A stretch of DNA of 63,140 nucleotides, filler included, from Craspedostauros australis (taxonomy: Eukaryota): assembly GCA_030167865.1 (NCBI GenBank). It is 14 parts of 14 records of this genome, joined end to end, with 100 filler letters (N's around TTAATTAATTAA, not from the genome) between each part and the next. Parts side by side here need not be neighbours in the genome. Positions count along the whole stretch, not along the records: positions 40,432 to 44,423 come from JALAGF010002273.1; positions 44,524 to 46,201 come from JALAGF010002276.1; positions 46,302 to 47,791 come from JALAGF010002277.1; positions 47,892 to 56,295 come from JALAGF010002278.1; 10 more parts are not named here. One strand, 5' to 3'. The translations under genes were made by a program, and so were the position numbers. This document shows, one piece after another, positions 43,871 through 55,806 of this stretch. Below the pieces are notes generated by a model. It did no database searches. It saw nothing but the letters and a program-made list of their open reading frames with translations, and had not been told where the DNA came from. Position 1 is the stretch's first letter. The number at the start of each line of letters is the position of its first letter.

Positions 43871-44523
43871 ATTCAATACTCTTGACCGTCGAATTGTGTG
43901 CTCTGTATGCTGTTGGCAAGTTCTGCTCACGGAAGCCTACGATCGTGGAAGACGGTATTGTTGATAGTCGTTCTGTTTGCTATTTCATTACGTTGGCACT
44001 CCGATCCTCTCGGTGTCCGTTCTCTTGCCCGATGCTCTCAGCGCTTCAATCTGTTTCGTAGATTCAGTCTCCGACTGAGTCGGTGTGCGTGATACTCTCT
44101 CGCTACTCTTCGTATTCTCTCTCTCTCTCTCTTAATATCACGTGCTCGTGCTACGCGATACTCCGTTCATTCACTACTGGTTCCTACTCCATGAGTACTC
44201 ACCATTTGAAGTTCACCTTCTGTATCCATGATGCTGATGCCCTTCGGTCATCGGATCTTTGCCTCCTGCTCTGACCTGGAGACAGATGTCGACGTGGTGA
44301 CATGATGACATCCTGTTGACGTCAGTAGGCGGCCTTCTACTCTCCAGATGTCACGTTCCATTGGTGATGCAGGAGTCTGTCAGATGATATCGTCATCTGA
44401 GGTTTAGTTGGGAAGTACCTCGANNNNNNNNNNNNNNNNNNNNNNNNNNNNNNNNNNNNNNNNNNNNTTAATTAATTAANNNNNNNNNNNNNNNNNNNNN
44501 NNNNNNNNNNNNNNNNNNNNNNN

Positions 44524-45525
44524 GTCCAGAGAGAAGTCCATCTTGCCGGTGGTGAGGCTCATGTTGGTTTGGAGAGCGTCGGCGTCGTCGAGAGCGCGAC
44601 AGAGGTCATTGTCTGGAGCGATGGCTTCACGCAGCCATTGCATCTTCCAGTCGTCGGCGACTGGGCTGTCTTGGACCTCCTCCAGGTCGTTCACCTTCGA
44701 CAACCAGCTGTTGACAAATGTCTCACGGCTGCTGTTCCAGGTGTTGTTGAGCTTCAGGTTCCTGATCTCGGCTTGGATCATCTGGGCCTTGTTGGTCGCC
44801 GCTACGCCAGAGGCGTACTCCTCCTTCAACATCATGTAGACGCCATGTCCATCCTCCTTGTCGGCGTACGGCAAGAGACAGTTGCGGCTCTTCATGGTGC
44901 GAAGAGAGTTCGAGAGAACATAGTACAGGAACGTACGTTGCTCTTCAAACAGGGCGAGCTCTTCACTCGCTGGCAGGTGCTCCGGATCGACGGCGTTCTT
45001 GATTCCATGAGCTGCTGCGGTGGCTCGGAGACGGCGATCGAACTGCAGGAACTGCTCATCGTTCTTCAGGGTCGGGTTGTCGCTCAGGTTGCGCTTGGTG
45101 CCACGCTTGAAGGCCGCGACATCGTCCGAAGATGGGGTAGACGAGGGGACCACGTCCGGTGTGGGCACTTCAGCCACGGTTGTCTTCGGTTCTGCCTTCT
45201 TCTCCTTCTTCATGAAGGTCTGAAGGCGAGCTGCGTTCAGCTCAAGCCAGGTGCTGGCTTCCATGCCTCCTTGGCTGTCGTACCAGCGCTCCAGCGCAAG
45301 GATCTTGCGCACATGCAGTGCGGCAAGGTTGCAGTCATAGGGTTCGCTACCCTCCTTGGAGATGGTGATGCGGAGGCCGTCCAGGTCCTCCTTCGTCAAC
45401 AGCGTGAGGTCGTCGATGTCCTCTATGCCTGATGAGGTGATGACTCGACGCTCGTCGGAGTCGTTCTTGATCCCAACCGCCTTGAGGGCGTGGTTGAGGA
45501 TGTCCAGTGGGTTCGTGGATGTCAT
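44524..45525 (-). CDS. Gag of a CoDi-like copia element; 3' truncated by the contig end
   Basis: AAFKRGTKRNLSDNPTLKND, DGHGVYMMLKEEY. Lies downstream of the PBS/LTR. Same strand as the pol in the neighbouring contig, so possibly the same element. Confidence 0.8.
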
Positions 45526-45740
45526 CTTGGAGATGATCGGGTTCGTTCTGTCTCTTCACAGCGGATGCGCTCGGGTGATGAGGGTTCGGTGTGTTGGCAA
45601 CAGGCTGTTGCGGACTCGTTCAATGCAATTGCGGTTCGGGTGCTATCACGTCGTCACGTGATGCTCGTTCGGTCAGCTGGGATGAAGCTGTCTCGGGTTG
45701 GGGTTGTTCGTTCACTCAGTCAGCTAGGGACGTAGAGTAT

Positions 45741-45754
45741 TGCGACTGTTAATC
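45741..45754 (-). promoter_or_regulatory. Primer-binding site complementary to the anticodon arm of tRNA-Asn(GUU)
   Basis: The minus strand reads ...GTCTAACA|GATTAACAGTCGCA. The + strand TGCGA-CT-GTT-AA-TC reads as an Asn anticodon stem-loop. Confidence 0.7.
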
Positions 45755-46163
45755 TGTTAGACTTGAGGAATTGGTGGTAACGTAGGGTAGAACGCGTCCT
45801 TCTGCAATTGATCAGATCGAGAAGGGGGCGTTCACTGGAAGTCTGTTGGGAACTCAAATGTTATTACAAACTTAAGAGTTGTGAGCTTACTCTCTGACCT
45901 CTGTTCATGTCCATGCCTCTGCTCTTGCATTCCTCTGTTCTGCATGCATCGGATAGGATCTTTACATCTCTTCAGGTTCAACTGGTTTGGGTCAGTAGCT
46001 ATCTCACAGTATCGTTCTTGTTTCATGGTACCTTGTATCTGATACCCAATACCTTGGTACTTCTTTAGTTTCGTTTCTCGTTGAGCTATTCGCTCGTAAT
46101 GTGACCATTTCATGGTCCGTGTTGGTTCAGGATACGATTCATACGCACAACTAAGCTCGAACA
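45755..46163 (-). repeat. Putative 5' LTR of the second copia element
   Basis: TGTT at 45755 adjoins the PBS. A candidate AACA end lies at 46160-46163. No second LTR in the window confirms the outer boundary. Confidence 0.5.
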
Positions 46164-46309
46164 CGAGAGAGAGCTGTGCGGAATAAAGCATAATGCTAAT
46201 ANNNNNNNNNNNNNNNNNNNNNNNNNNNNNNNNNNNNNNNNNNNNTTAATTAATTAANNNNNNNNNNNNNNNNNNNNNNNNNNNNNNNNNNNNNNNNNNN
46301 NATTTTGGA

Positions 46310-46540
46310 GTTGTAGGGGAAATTCTGTAACTGCAATAATATGATGATGTCAACAATCACACGTAAATGTACGAGGCCAACGACACATTCGTGAGGGAAA
46401 TTGCAAGGGAATTTTATTCCCCAAAACTCCCTTACGATGCACAAATTTCCCCCACGATGCAGTTATTTCCCTGATGGTGTTGTTTATTTCCCCTACGGAC
46501 CCCGTTTTTTCCCCCACAAAAGCGTTTTTTCCCTCACGAT
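46310..46540. repeat. Cluster of short GGG(G)AAAT / ATTTCCCC motifs in opposite orientations (transposon subterminal-like)
   Basis: Several GGGAAATT-like copies followed by several TTTCCCC(C)AC-like copies. Confidence 0.5.
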
Positions 46541-47440
46541 TGTGTCATCGAACCGGTCATGACAAGTAACGGTCTCTGTCATATCGACTAACGCCTAGAC
46601 ACGAAAATAGATATACCAAACATTCGCTAATTCCGTTGTGAGAGCACAGGCGCTCCACCAAAGACAATACCGCGCACCGGACATAAGCAACTAATCTGGT
46701 TCATACGAAGCAGTCGTACTAATTTAATATAGCAGAGCACACGAGACAACCGTTGATTGCAGCGTTCGAAACAATTTGAATCACACACATCAACGTCATT
46801 TGTTTCCATGTACAATACTGCATTTGAATGATGCATGCGCCTGCCGTACTACAGAAACATAGATACAATAGCTTCGTTGCCGTAGTTGCGAATATGTGCT
46901 GGCGTGAAAATGTATCTGCCAAGCCGAGTCAGCAGGGCAAGCTCCAGGCTTGAACGCTCGAGAGCAAGAGGGAAGACTGTGATTTGGTGAGGTTGCTGAC
47001 TGATGGTTGACAACAAGCCAAAGAAGCAACAGCGCAAGGACTCTCCACACGTTGTATTGGCGCGTGAGAACTGATGCGAGTCGTTTCGCTCACTGCACTT
47101 CGCAGTACAACGTGAAAACACTGTATCGCGAATCATGACATCAGTTGACAGTGCGTCACACCCATGCAACACCATCGACGACAACACTCTGCTCACAATT
47201 TCAATTTCCTCCATTGCCATCAAACCAAAATGGCATGATCACCAAGCGCCGCACCTTCGCAACACCAAGGCAATCAACCGAGGCATCACCACCAGTTCAT
47301 ACACATATACACACATACACACACAACACACACACACAACCATCAACATCCGCAATCGATCAGAGACGTGCTGCTCCATCCAACGCACACGGTCTTGAGA
47401 ACAATGCCCATTGGCTGGTTCGTCGTCCATCGCCATCACC

Positions 47441-47791
47441 ATGACCTGCAACAGCATCTCCCCCAGCAAGGCTGGCAAGTCAAGCAATCGAAGATCAAGG
47501 CTGAAGGACAAGAATGAGACCATGAGGATGACCAGGCAACAACAACAGTTGCTTCGGTCCAAGCATTCTTCGGTTGACTTCGAATCCATCGGTTTCTTTC
47601 TCATGGGGAGCCTGCCCCCCAAGAATGGGGGATCAGAAACATCAAAAAGAGCATTCATTGCATGGTTCGGCGTCACGCCCAAGCTCTGCAAGGAGGTCTG
47701 GGATCGCTGCGTTCTGCCTGCCAAGGCAAAGCCGAAACATCTATTCTGGGCTCTCCACTTTCTCAAGAACTACCCCACCTACGATGTATTG
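47441..47791 (+). mobile_element. N-terminal part of a PIF/Harbinger-like transposase; truncated at the contig end
   Basis: RAFIAWFGVTPKLCKEVW...PKHLFWALHFLKNYPT resembles the N-terminal helical region I associate with this diatom DDE family. Start uncertain. Confidence 0.65.
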
Positions 47792-48870
47792 NNNNNNNNN
47801 NNNNNNNNNNNNNNNNNNNNNNNNNNNNNNNNNNNTTAATTAATTAANNNNNNNNNNNNNNNNNNNNNNNNNNNNNNNNNNNNNNNNNNNNGGTTGACGG
47901 CCCATGGCACATCGCCCTGCATCACATTACATCACAATACATCACATCACTCTCCACACAACAAGAGTTTTGTGTTCACACCAACGATTCTGTGCGAGCA
48001 CAAGGTAGAGTCACTCTCCATAAATTTGAGAATCGCGAACAAGGCCCAAACGACGGAAGAAAAAAGAACGTTATGGGACGAATGACCACTGCGACTCAAT
48101 TGAAGCGCCAACGAGCACCGTCGCGTCTGTGCGTTATTCACCTAATAGGTAGATTTACCATGAGTTTTAGCCCTCCATAACTCTTAAAATATAACGCCTT
48201 CAAGAGGTATAAGGTGTTCAATAGAAACCTAACATTGATTGTAAGAGATATATGCAATTTGATACCCGATCCGTGCTGCGATGCCAACTTGGGCGTAACC
48301 TTTTCGCTCACCGGGGTCATAACACGGGAACTCACTCCAACCGATTCCACGGTATGTCGGACTAGCATAGCTTCTTCAGTTGCGCCATGGTCGATCTGTC
48401 AAGGAGATTCTGGAAAAAAGATCACATCTGCCAAGTCAATCCCGCGAAGGGATTTGTCTTGACTCAACAGGATTGGTTGTCGAAGGTATCTATCGGTCGC
48501 CGTGCAGACAAGATCCTGGCGGTCGGATGAATCGAGGCGGTCATCAGAAAGACCAACGACGAAACGCGAAAACTTCGCGACGAGGAGACACGTGCCAAGG
48601 AGCCAGTCACAGAATCCGTTCTGTCCAACTCAGCGCACAAACACACAGACGCGAGAACCCTCTTTCTGTCTCTCGTCTCTCTTGTTGGACGTGATCGGGC
48701 TGCAGACACCTCTCCATCGCACCATACCTGCTCTGGGCATAGTAGTCCGCGCCACGAGGAGACCTGGAAGACGCAAAGAGGAAGATCCAGCAACGAAACC
48801 GACGCATCCTCATTTACTCGCACATACTCCACAAAGTGGAAGAGCACAATTGCAGCGAGTGCGAGGAACG

Positions 48871-50700
48871 ATGAACTTCCTCGCTGGAGGCAAGAACGAT
48901 GAGCCCACGGTGCAAGAGCTCAACGCTCTGCTGTTCGACGAGACCATCCAGGTGCTGTCCAACTTCGAGCTCAACCAGATGGCGTCGCTGACCTACGGCG
49001 AGCTGGTGTGCGACAGCATGTTCGAGACCTTCGAGAAGGTCTTCTCGCAGCCAATGAAGTTCACGCCCATCACTGTGCAGAAGGGTCTGGTCATTTGCAA
49101 GCACATCCTGGTGTACGGCTCCGAGAAGTGCGTCAACAGCGCCTACGGTCTCGGCAAGTTCATCGAGCAGCTGCAGAAGTTCAACACTGTGCTCATGGCC
49201 CAGCAGAAGAAGGGCGCGCTGGCCATGTTGCAAAGGATCAAAGGCGGCGGCGTCGACAAAGGAGGACCCGTGCGAGAGGCGGCGGATCAAGTTGCCAAGC
49301 TCATCTCCAACATCCACGAGCTGCAGCACATTCGCAACACCAGCTCCGATCCAGGATCGTTGGTGCCCGTCGGGGATAAGAAGGCGGCGTTCGTCACGGA
49401 CGACGTGCGGCATTACATCTTGAAGAAGCGAATGGAAGAGCAGCAAAGGGTGAGGATCACGTCCAACTTGGCAAAGGCGGATGGTGGCTTCGGAGGTGGA
49501 TACAACGCCAAGGATGGGAGGAACGTGGTGGGTGCGGCGCATGGCATCGACGAGATGATCAAGATGGCCAAGAAGGTCAAGAACAAGTATTCGGACGAAG
49601 ACGAAGTCAATCAGGCGGGATTCTCAGAGTACCAGGCTCCGGATGACGTCGCCATGTTGGAGCAACTCGCGGAGCAGCAACGGGAAGAGAAGGCCATGGT
49701 GGAAGCTGCCAAGGCCGATCTTCTTGCTGAGGAGACCAAAGCAGCATCCGCGCAGCAGATGAACTTGGATCTCATGAGCTTCGGGGGTCCTGCGCACTCC
49801 GTCGCATCGCCTTCGCTACTGGGCGTTCCTGTCAACGGAATGACGCCAGCGACCGCATCCGTCCAATCTGCAAACGTGGATCTGCTCGGCATTGGCTCCT
49901 CATCAACCCAGGTGGCCCATGACCCATTCGCGACAGCGCCAACCCCGCAACCTCCTGTCAACACGGATCTTCTTGGAGTATTCGCACCGTCGGTTTCAGC
50001 GCCCGCCCCACAATCCAGCGCATCAAACGATCCATTCCAATTTGCGGCAGCATCTCAACCAACAAGTGCTGTGAATCCGCTCGAGAATGGTGGCATGCCT
50101 TCCATGCCGCAGCAGCAGCCGCCGCCGGTGCCTCCCACGCGCGATCCAGGGTACGGTCACTCGCATTCGATGGGTGCTTTGCCTCAGCCAGCCCCTGCTC
50201 AGATTGCGTCTGCTGATCCCATGTCAAACCCGGCATTCAACAAGTCTCATTCGATGGATGCGATGCCAGCGCCTATCATGGGTCAGTCGTCCTTGGGACT
50301 TGGCAGTGACGACCCGTTTAAAGGCCTGGAAACGTTGACAATATCTTCCGCGAAGTGTCACGTATCGAACTTTCAGTCGTCTATGGCAGAGCACCGAATC
50401 TTGAACTCGTCATCGATGCCAACCACTTCTCTCGATCACACAGCACCGACACTTGGCGGACCACCGAATCATTCGCCTCCGCCGTCATCTGCACCGCCGA
50501 TTATCGCACCAATCGAAGAAATACCACCGACAATCCATTCGTCTGGGCCTGTTGTCGCGCAGGTGTTTGGTGACGCCGCCGCACCTGCCGCGCCAGCAAC
50601 TGCCAACAATTCAGACGATCCATGGATGATGGGAGGCACGATGGGAAGCGGGCTCGGAATTGCTCCGGCTCCGTCTGCACCGCCCCCACCGCCGCCATAG
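48871..50700 (+). CDS. ENTH-domain (epsin-like) clathrin adaptor
   Basis: N-terminal ENTH-like fold (QKGLVICKHILVYGSEKCV...DKGGPVREAA). Disordered tail with DLL, DPF and DPW motifs and poly-Pro. Confidence 0.8.
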   Translation: MNFLAGGKNDEPTVQELNALLFDETIQVLSNFELNQMASLTYGELVCDSMFETFEKVFSQPMKFTPITVQKGLVICKHILVYGSEKCVNSAYGLGKFIEQLQKFNTVLMAQQKKGALAMLQRIKGGGVDKGGPVREAADQVAKLISNIHELQHIRNTSSDPGSLVPVGDKKAAFVTDDVRHYILKKRMEEQQRVRITSNLAKADGGFGGGYNAKDGRNVVGAAHGIDEMIKMAKKVKNKYSDEDEVNQAGFSEYQAPDDVAMLEQLAEQQREEKAMVEAAKADLLAEETKAASAQQMNLDLMSFGGPAHSVASPSLLGVPVNGMTPATASVQSANVDLLGIGSSSTQVAHDPFATAPTPQPPVNTDLLGVFAPSVSAPAPQSSASNDPFQFAAASQPTSAVNPLENGGMPSMPQQQPPPVPPTRDPGYGHSHSMGALPQPAPAQIASADPMSNPAFNKSHSMDAMPAPIMGQSSLGLGSDDPFKGLETLTISSAKCHVSNFQSSMAEHRILNSSSMPTTSLDHTAPTLGGPPNHSPPPSSAPPIIAPIEEIPPTIHSSGPVVAQVFGDAAAPAAPATANNSDDPWMMGGTMGSGLGIAPAPSAPPPPPP

Positions 50701-51386
50701 ATTGAACTACCCGGCAATGCTCGTCGCCTCCTGCCACTGTCGCGGCTTGAAATGGCATGACATGCAAGTACTCCAAGTGCTATGTGCTCTTCAATAAACG
50801 AAGCAAATGAAGAGGGAAACAACCAAAAGTGAAAGCACGCAGTCAGGAAAGCAGGTATTGATGCAGCAATGTCAAACCATATCAGTATTGTAAGTCCAAG
50901 TTGGTATCACGAATCTTGTGCCGCACTATATTTGACAGAGAAAATTGTCGCAAGACCAGGCCAGAGCTGATGCCTCGTGATGGCCTGCTACATGATTGGT
51001 CGCGTCTCCTTTCTCATCATCTAGTACACCACCAAGAAAGCACAAACAGAACCATTCCATCGCAACCTGCCTCCAAGAGGTGCTAAGTGTGATTGGGCCA
51101 CATACTCGCACCCTGCGAGTACGCACGACCTGTGAAGTTTTGCAAGACAGGTGAAACAAACAAACGGACACGACGAAGATAGTATTTTGAACGAAGCTAC
51201 GAATGAATCATACCTGCAAGGTACCAGGAACACGAGAGGCTAGTAAAACAATAATAGTATTCATTTAGCGAAGATAAAGGCTCGGTGAGGGGGTCACACC
51301 TAATCGAGGAGCGGAGCAGCAGGAGAACCTGACGACATGAGGCAGCGAAGCACACGAACAAAAAGCCACGAAATCGGAGCAAAACA

Positions 51387-51459
51387 TGGACATTGCCGGA
51401 ATCGAACCGGCGACCTTATGCATGCTAAGCATACGCGCTACCAACTGCGCCAAACGCCC
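51387..51459 (-). tRNA. trnA-AGC: tRNA-Ala(AGC), copy 1
   Basis: 73-nt cloverleaf; acceptor GGGCGTT/AATGTCC with G3:U70; anticodon arm TATGC-TTAGCAT-GCATA; GGTTCGATTCC; T-run 3' of the gene. Confidence 0.96.
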
Positions 51460-52275
51460 TCACCGCAACGTATTGTTGTTGCAGAAAATAGGCTCGCCAA
51501 ATCTAATAATTTATTTTTTGGAAATGCAACAGACACTCGCAGCTCCGACTCTCCCAGTACTGAACTGCGAGGACACAAACCACCAACAATCATAGTCATA
51601 ACTATCGTACCTAACAACCATCCATTTGCTCATCTATCAGCGTCTTTTAATGTTGTCCTGTGGTGTTGAAGCTGGTCCCTTGAATGAATCCGTTGCGTAT
51701 CAGAGCCAAGGCGCCCCCATTTCCGCACGCAATGTCCGCAGATTCGTCACCATCAAGCTATACGAGGTGGTTTGGTTGCGGGGACAGATGGCATGCGCTT
51801 CCTCCTGACTCTTGGATGGATGCTGCACGCTGTGAGCGAAGACTCGTGACGTTGTTTTCTCAGTTCATGGAAAGACGATCAACACACGGCCCTCAGCGCC
51901 GAGATTCCGTTCTCTCGAGAAAGAGAATCATGGCAGATGCGTAGGTACATTGTTCGAAATTCTTCTTGACGTGAATATAAGGATGGCTGAGTCCTACAGC
52001 TCCAATTTGCGGTTACGTTGTCAGAAATGAGCTTGCTATGGTTGGCATTAGCTGTCTTTCCCTGAGTGTACCATAGTGGGTAGATTCTCCCACCACATCA
52101 GTGCACACGAAACGAGAAGCTGTTGGTGGCCACGGGTTGAAGTTTGGCAGTTCAAACACAACCGCAGAAGAACAGAAACGTGAAAGATCCTCCTCAGCCA
52201 ACACATGTGCAAAACGCCAACACCTGTTGGCAATCACCTGGTCTACTCTGTACTCGAAGGACGACAAAGCTAAGG

Positions 52276-53749
52276 ATGAGACAACCAACAACGGCAAACT
52301 TTATGTTTCTATCAATCTGCTTGGCGATAGCTGGATCCACGGTGGTTGTCTCTGGGATGAGCCTGGGAATGACCGCCAATGCAAACAGTGCCATGTCGGA
52401 GTGTCTCGTGATCGGATGCGGCGTTTTGGGGACGAGGCTATGCAAACAGATCGTCACATCGCCAGCATTTGCCACTTGCAAAGGTGGGTCGAAATGAATT
52501 GGGTGGGAACTGACTTGCCTTGGCTGGCCTTTGCTGTTCCTTGCAACTCGAGCGGCTGCGTTCCTCCATTTCTTGCACGCGTTGAATGAGTTCGATGGCT
52601 ATACTAATTTGTTCGCGTCTGACGTCCGAACAGAATGCCAACCAGGGCAGACCAAACGCAAAGGACAGCACGCTGCAACAAATTGCACGTATGCACCAAT
52701 CCGACAGCGACACAATCGTTGATTCAATCTCTTGCTCAATCCACCATTCGTTGACGTCGCGATCACCTCACTTCATCGCAACTACGACACCAAACAGTCA
52801 CGGCCGCTACAAAAACAAGGAATCGGCACAAAGTGATTCTTGCGGAAGTCCTGGGAGACCAATCCAGTACCAACAGTGGCAGATTCTCCGTCGAGACACT
52901 CGACGACTGCAAGGGAGTGAAATTCGACAGTGTCGTGTTTTGCGCACCTCCATCAGGATTTGAGGATTATACTGGCGCGGTGAAAGACGCCATCGAGGAG
53001 TATTGGTCATCAAACAAGGGCGTCTTCGTCTTTACATCCAGTGGGTCCATGTACGTGCATAGTTGCTGGAAAGGATGTCGTGATGCTCGGCCAGACCCTG
53101 GAGGACAATAGAGTATTGATCTCTCTCTCTCTCTCTCTCTCTCTCTCGAGAAAGTTGCGACACAAAGGTGATTTGAAAATGATGTTATATCGTCTGACGG
53201 TATCTCTTTGCATCTGTGCGTGATCATTGCAGCTACGGTTCAGGTGAAGATGGATCTGTTGTCAACGAACGAAGCCCATTGGCAGATCCAGAGGCCAGTC
53301 CACGTTCCGCGAGGTTGATCCGTGTGGAGGCAGCAGTGCTTTCGAGTGGCGGTTGCACATTGCGATTGGCTGGTCTGTACGACCTCAATCGTGGCGCGCA
53401 CAATTTCTGGATCACTTCAGGAAAGCCTGTGAGCGGTCGAGCAGATGGCATCGTGAATCAGGTACATTACGATGACGCCGCTGGAGCCGTGCTTGCTGCC
53501 CTACTCGCAGGCCCTACAATCGTCAACGGCAACCCCTTCTTGATCAGCGACGGAAATCCTATGTCACGGCAAGAGATCTGCGCCAGCGCCCTGAAAGCAA
53601 AGAAGTATCGAGGTATGTCACTACCGGAGTTTCGAGGCACGGAAAGCGATCCCAAGGGCAAGATCTACGACGGCGCAGCCAGCAATAAGGCGTTGAAGTG
53701 GGATGCACACTACACATCGTTCGATTCCTTCATGACGTCTGAGTCATAA
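52276..53749 (+). CDS. Atypical SDR / NAD(P)-dependent epimerase-like protein with a signal-peptide-like N-terminus; exons 52276-52483, 52798-53050, 53233-53749
   Basis: VIGCGVLG Rossmann motif, FCAPPSG, FTSSGSIYG (formed across intron 2), LRLAGLY, VHYDDAA. Two GT-AG introns keep the frame. Confidence 0.85.
53120..53147. repeat. (CT)n microsatellite in an intron
   Basis: Read directly. Confidence 0.9.
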
Positions 53750-54715
53750 TGAGATGGAAGTTGTAGAAGCGGGAGGGCGCACTGTATGGGAATGCTCTTG
53801 AACAGTTGAGAGATGTTGGTGTCCAGTTCCGTCCTGGCAAGCAACGCTCTTGGCAGATCATGGATGACGACGACGAGCACAGATACATATTGTTCATACA
53901 GGACTCCAGTATGCTCTTGACAAGTAGGAGCGTCATTGCGTGGCCTCGTTCATTCATCAGGCAATGGAACGAGGATGACAGTAGCCACAACGTGATCAAA
54001 ACCTTGGCAACAGCCCAAGTGCATTGGTGATGACGAAGCAATACCGAATGAGTCAACAAAGTTTCCGCCTGCTTAACCTCCTATCAGCGAACAGCGTTGC
54101 TGGGACTACCGTTGCCCAACTGTGACGGAACGGCACACCAAACACCGATCAACTAGACTTGGACTATTTCTGGAAGCGGCGCATCAGCATGATACTGCGA
54201 GAATACACAAGCCATTCCGAAATCCACAACAACACGAACCAGTATCGACATCAACGCCACCAACATGTCAACCACCAGCAAAAAGCGTGGCAAACATGAT
54301 CACCACCAATGACCTCGGTAGAAATCTACGAATGCTCCACCTGTGGGCGGCGCCCTCCACAAAAGGACGGCACCGGCAGCATCATCAGCCCACCAAACAT
54401 TATGCGTACGAGTACACGTACCATACACCTCTATCAGCTGCACAACCTCGAAGCGGACTCCTTTATTGTCACGGCAATGGCATCCCCTTCCACATTGTTC
54501 ATTGGTTTTACACTGTTGTGTGAGATGGGGATATAGATGGTGATCAAGGATAAAATGTACGTTTGATCGGAGTAGTATTAACATATATTGTCTGTGTCTG
54601 GGCCGCGTACCTACTGTTGGAAGAGATGACATTGTCGTCGTTCTCAGCTCGCAACACATGATAAGTATTTATTTTCGGATTGCTTTGATATTGGCAACAG
54701 CTTAGTACGAGACTG

Positions 54716-54788
54716 GGGCGTTTGGCGCAGTTGGTAGCGCGTATGCTTAGCATGCATAAGGTCGCCGGTTCGATTCCGGCAATGTCCA
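54716..54788 (+). tRNA. trnA-AGC: tRNA-Ala(AGC), copy 2
   Basis: Identical to copy 1; followed by TGTTTT. Confidence 0.96.
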
Positions 54789-55733
54789 TGTTTTACCGTA
54801 ATTTTGGACCGTATTGGTTTGTCCTGTTGGAACAATTCGAAATCTCGCCAGACCATCTTGTCTTCCGACCCCGCGGACCAAGCACAACAGTAGTCTGAGA
54901 AATGCGCACTGGGTGCGTTCTGTTTTGCTCGTAGAAACAGATTCTCCGCCTCGCCGACCTCCCCCTTGCTCTTCGTGTTACATTTTCCTTACCGATGGAT
55001 GAACACCTGCATGTAGAAGACGATCGAAAAATCGCAAGTCGGAGCACTGCCGCGGCACCTTCGTACGCCTAACACCAACCACGAAAAAACTGCGATGCCG
55101 TGTTTCGTTTGGTGGTGATGGTGGTGGTAGAACGAATAGGCTGACGTGCCAAGCTGCGATTGAAACTCTCGGATCGGTTTCACCGTGTGCGAAGATATTC
55201 CTCATGTACCATCCTGTCGCACGTGGGCAACCAAAGCACCCCGTGTGTTCTGAGTACAGCACAGCGCTTCACTCCACCTCACCATCATTCAGGGACCAGG
55301 GCAGCTGAGCAGAGCATGCAAGAGCTCGTGACATAACAGAGAATGTCTCAGCTCTCTCTAGAACTTGCACATACCTGCTGGCTGCGGGTGAGGACAACTT
55401 TCCAGATGCATATACTCGTCCTCCATGGCATAGTGCGAGCAGGTGACTCCACCGATGTTCAAAGAGCTCTGATCTCCAGAGCGCGCTGTTGCGTCAATCG
55501 AACAAGGTGACGGCTCATGAGACGATGCTCCTCTTCTCGTTGTTGCTCTTGCCGCCAGAGAGTGCCGCCATTGACGATGGGTCTGATGGAGAGGTGGACC
55601 AAAAATGAATGGGGTGGAACCTGTGGTACCATACAAATACGAACTGATCGCTCCAATGGACAAAGCGTACGTTCTGGCGGAGCGGACTACAACAGCAACA
55701 TCTCCACAGGGTACGATGTCGTCGAGCAAAAGG

Positions 55734-55806
55734 TGGACATTGCCGGAATCGAACCGGCGACCTTATGCATGCTAAGCATACGCGCTGCCAACTGCGCCAA
55801 ACGCCC
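55734..55806 (-). tRNA. trnA-AGC: tRNA-Ala(AGC), copy 3 (one D-loop U->C change)
   Basis: Same cloverleaf; TTGGCAGC instead of TTGGTAGC (position 55787); followed by CCTTTT. Confidence 0.95.

Noticed and set aside
48502..48870. N-terminal extension of the ENTH ORF in the ORF track
   Set aside because: Starts at a non-ATG codon and reads like 5' UTR; ATG 48871 begins the domain.
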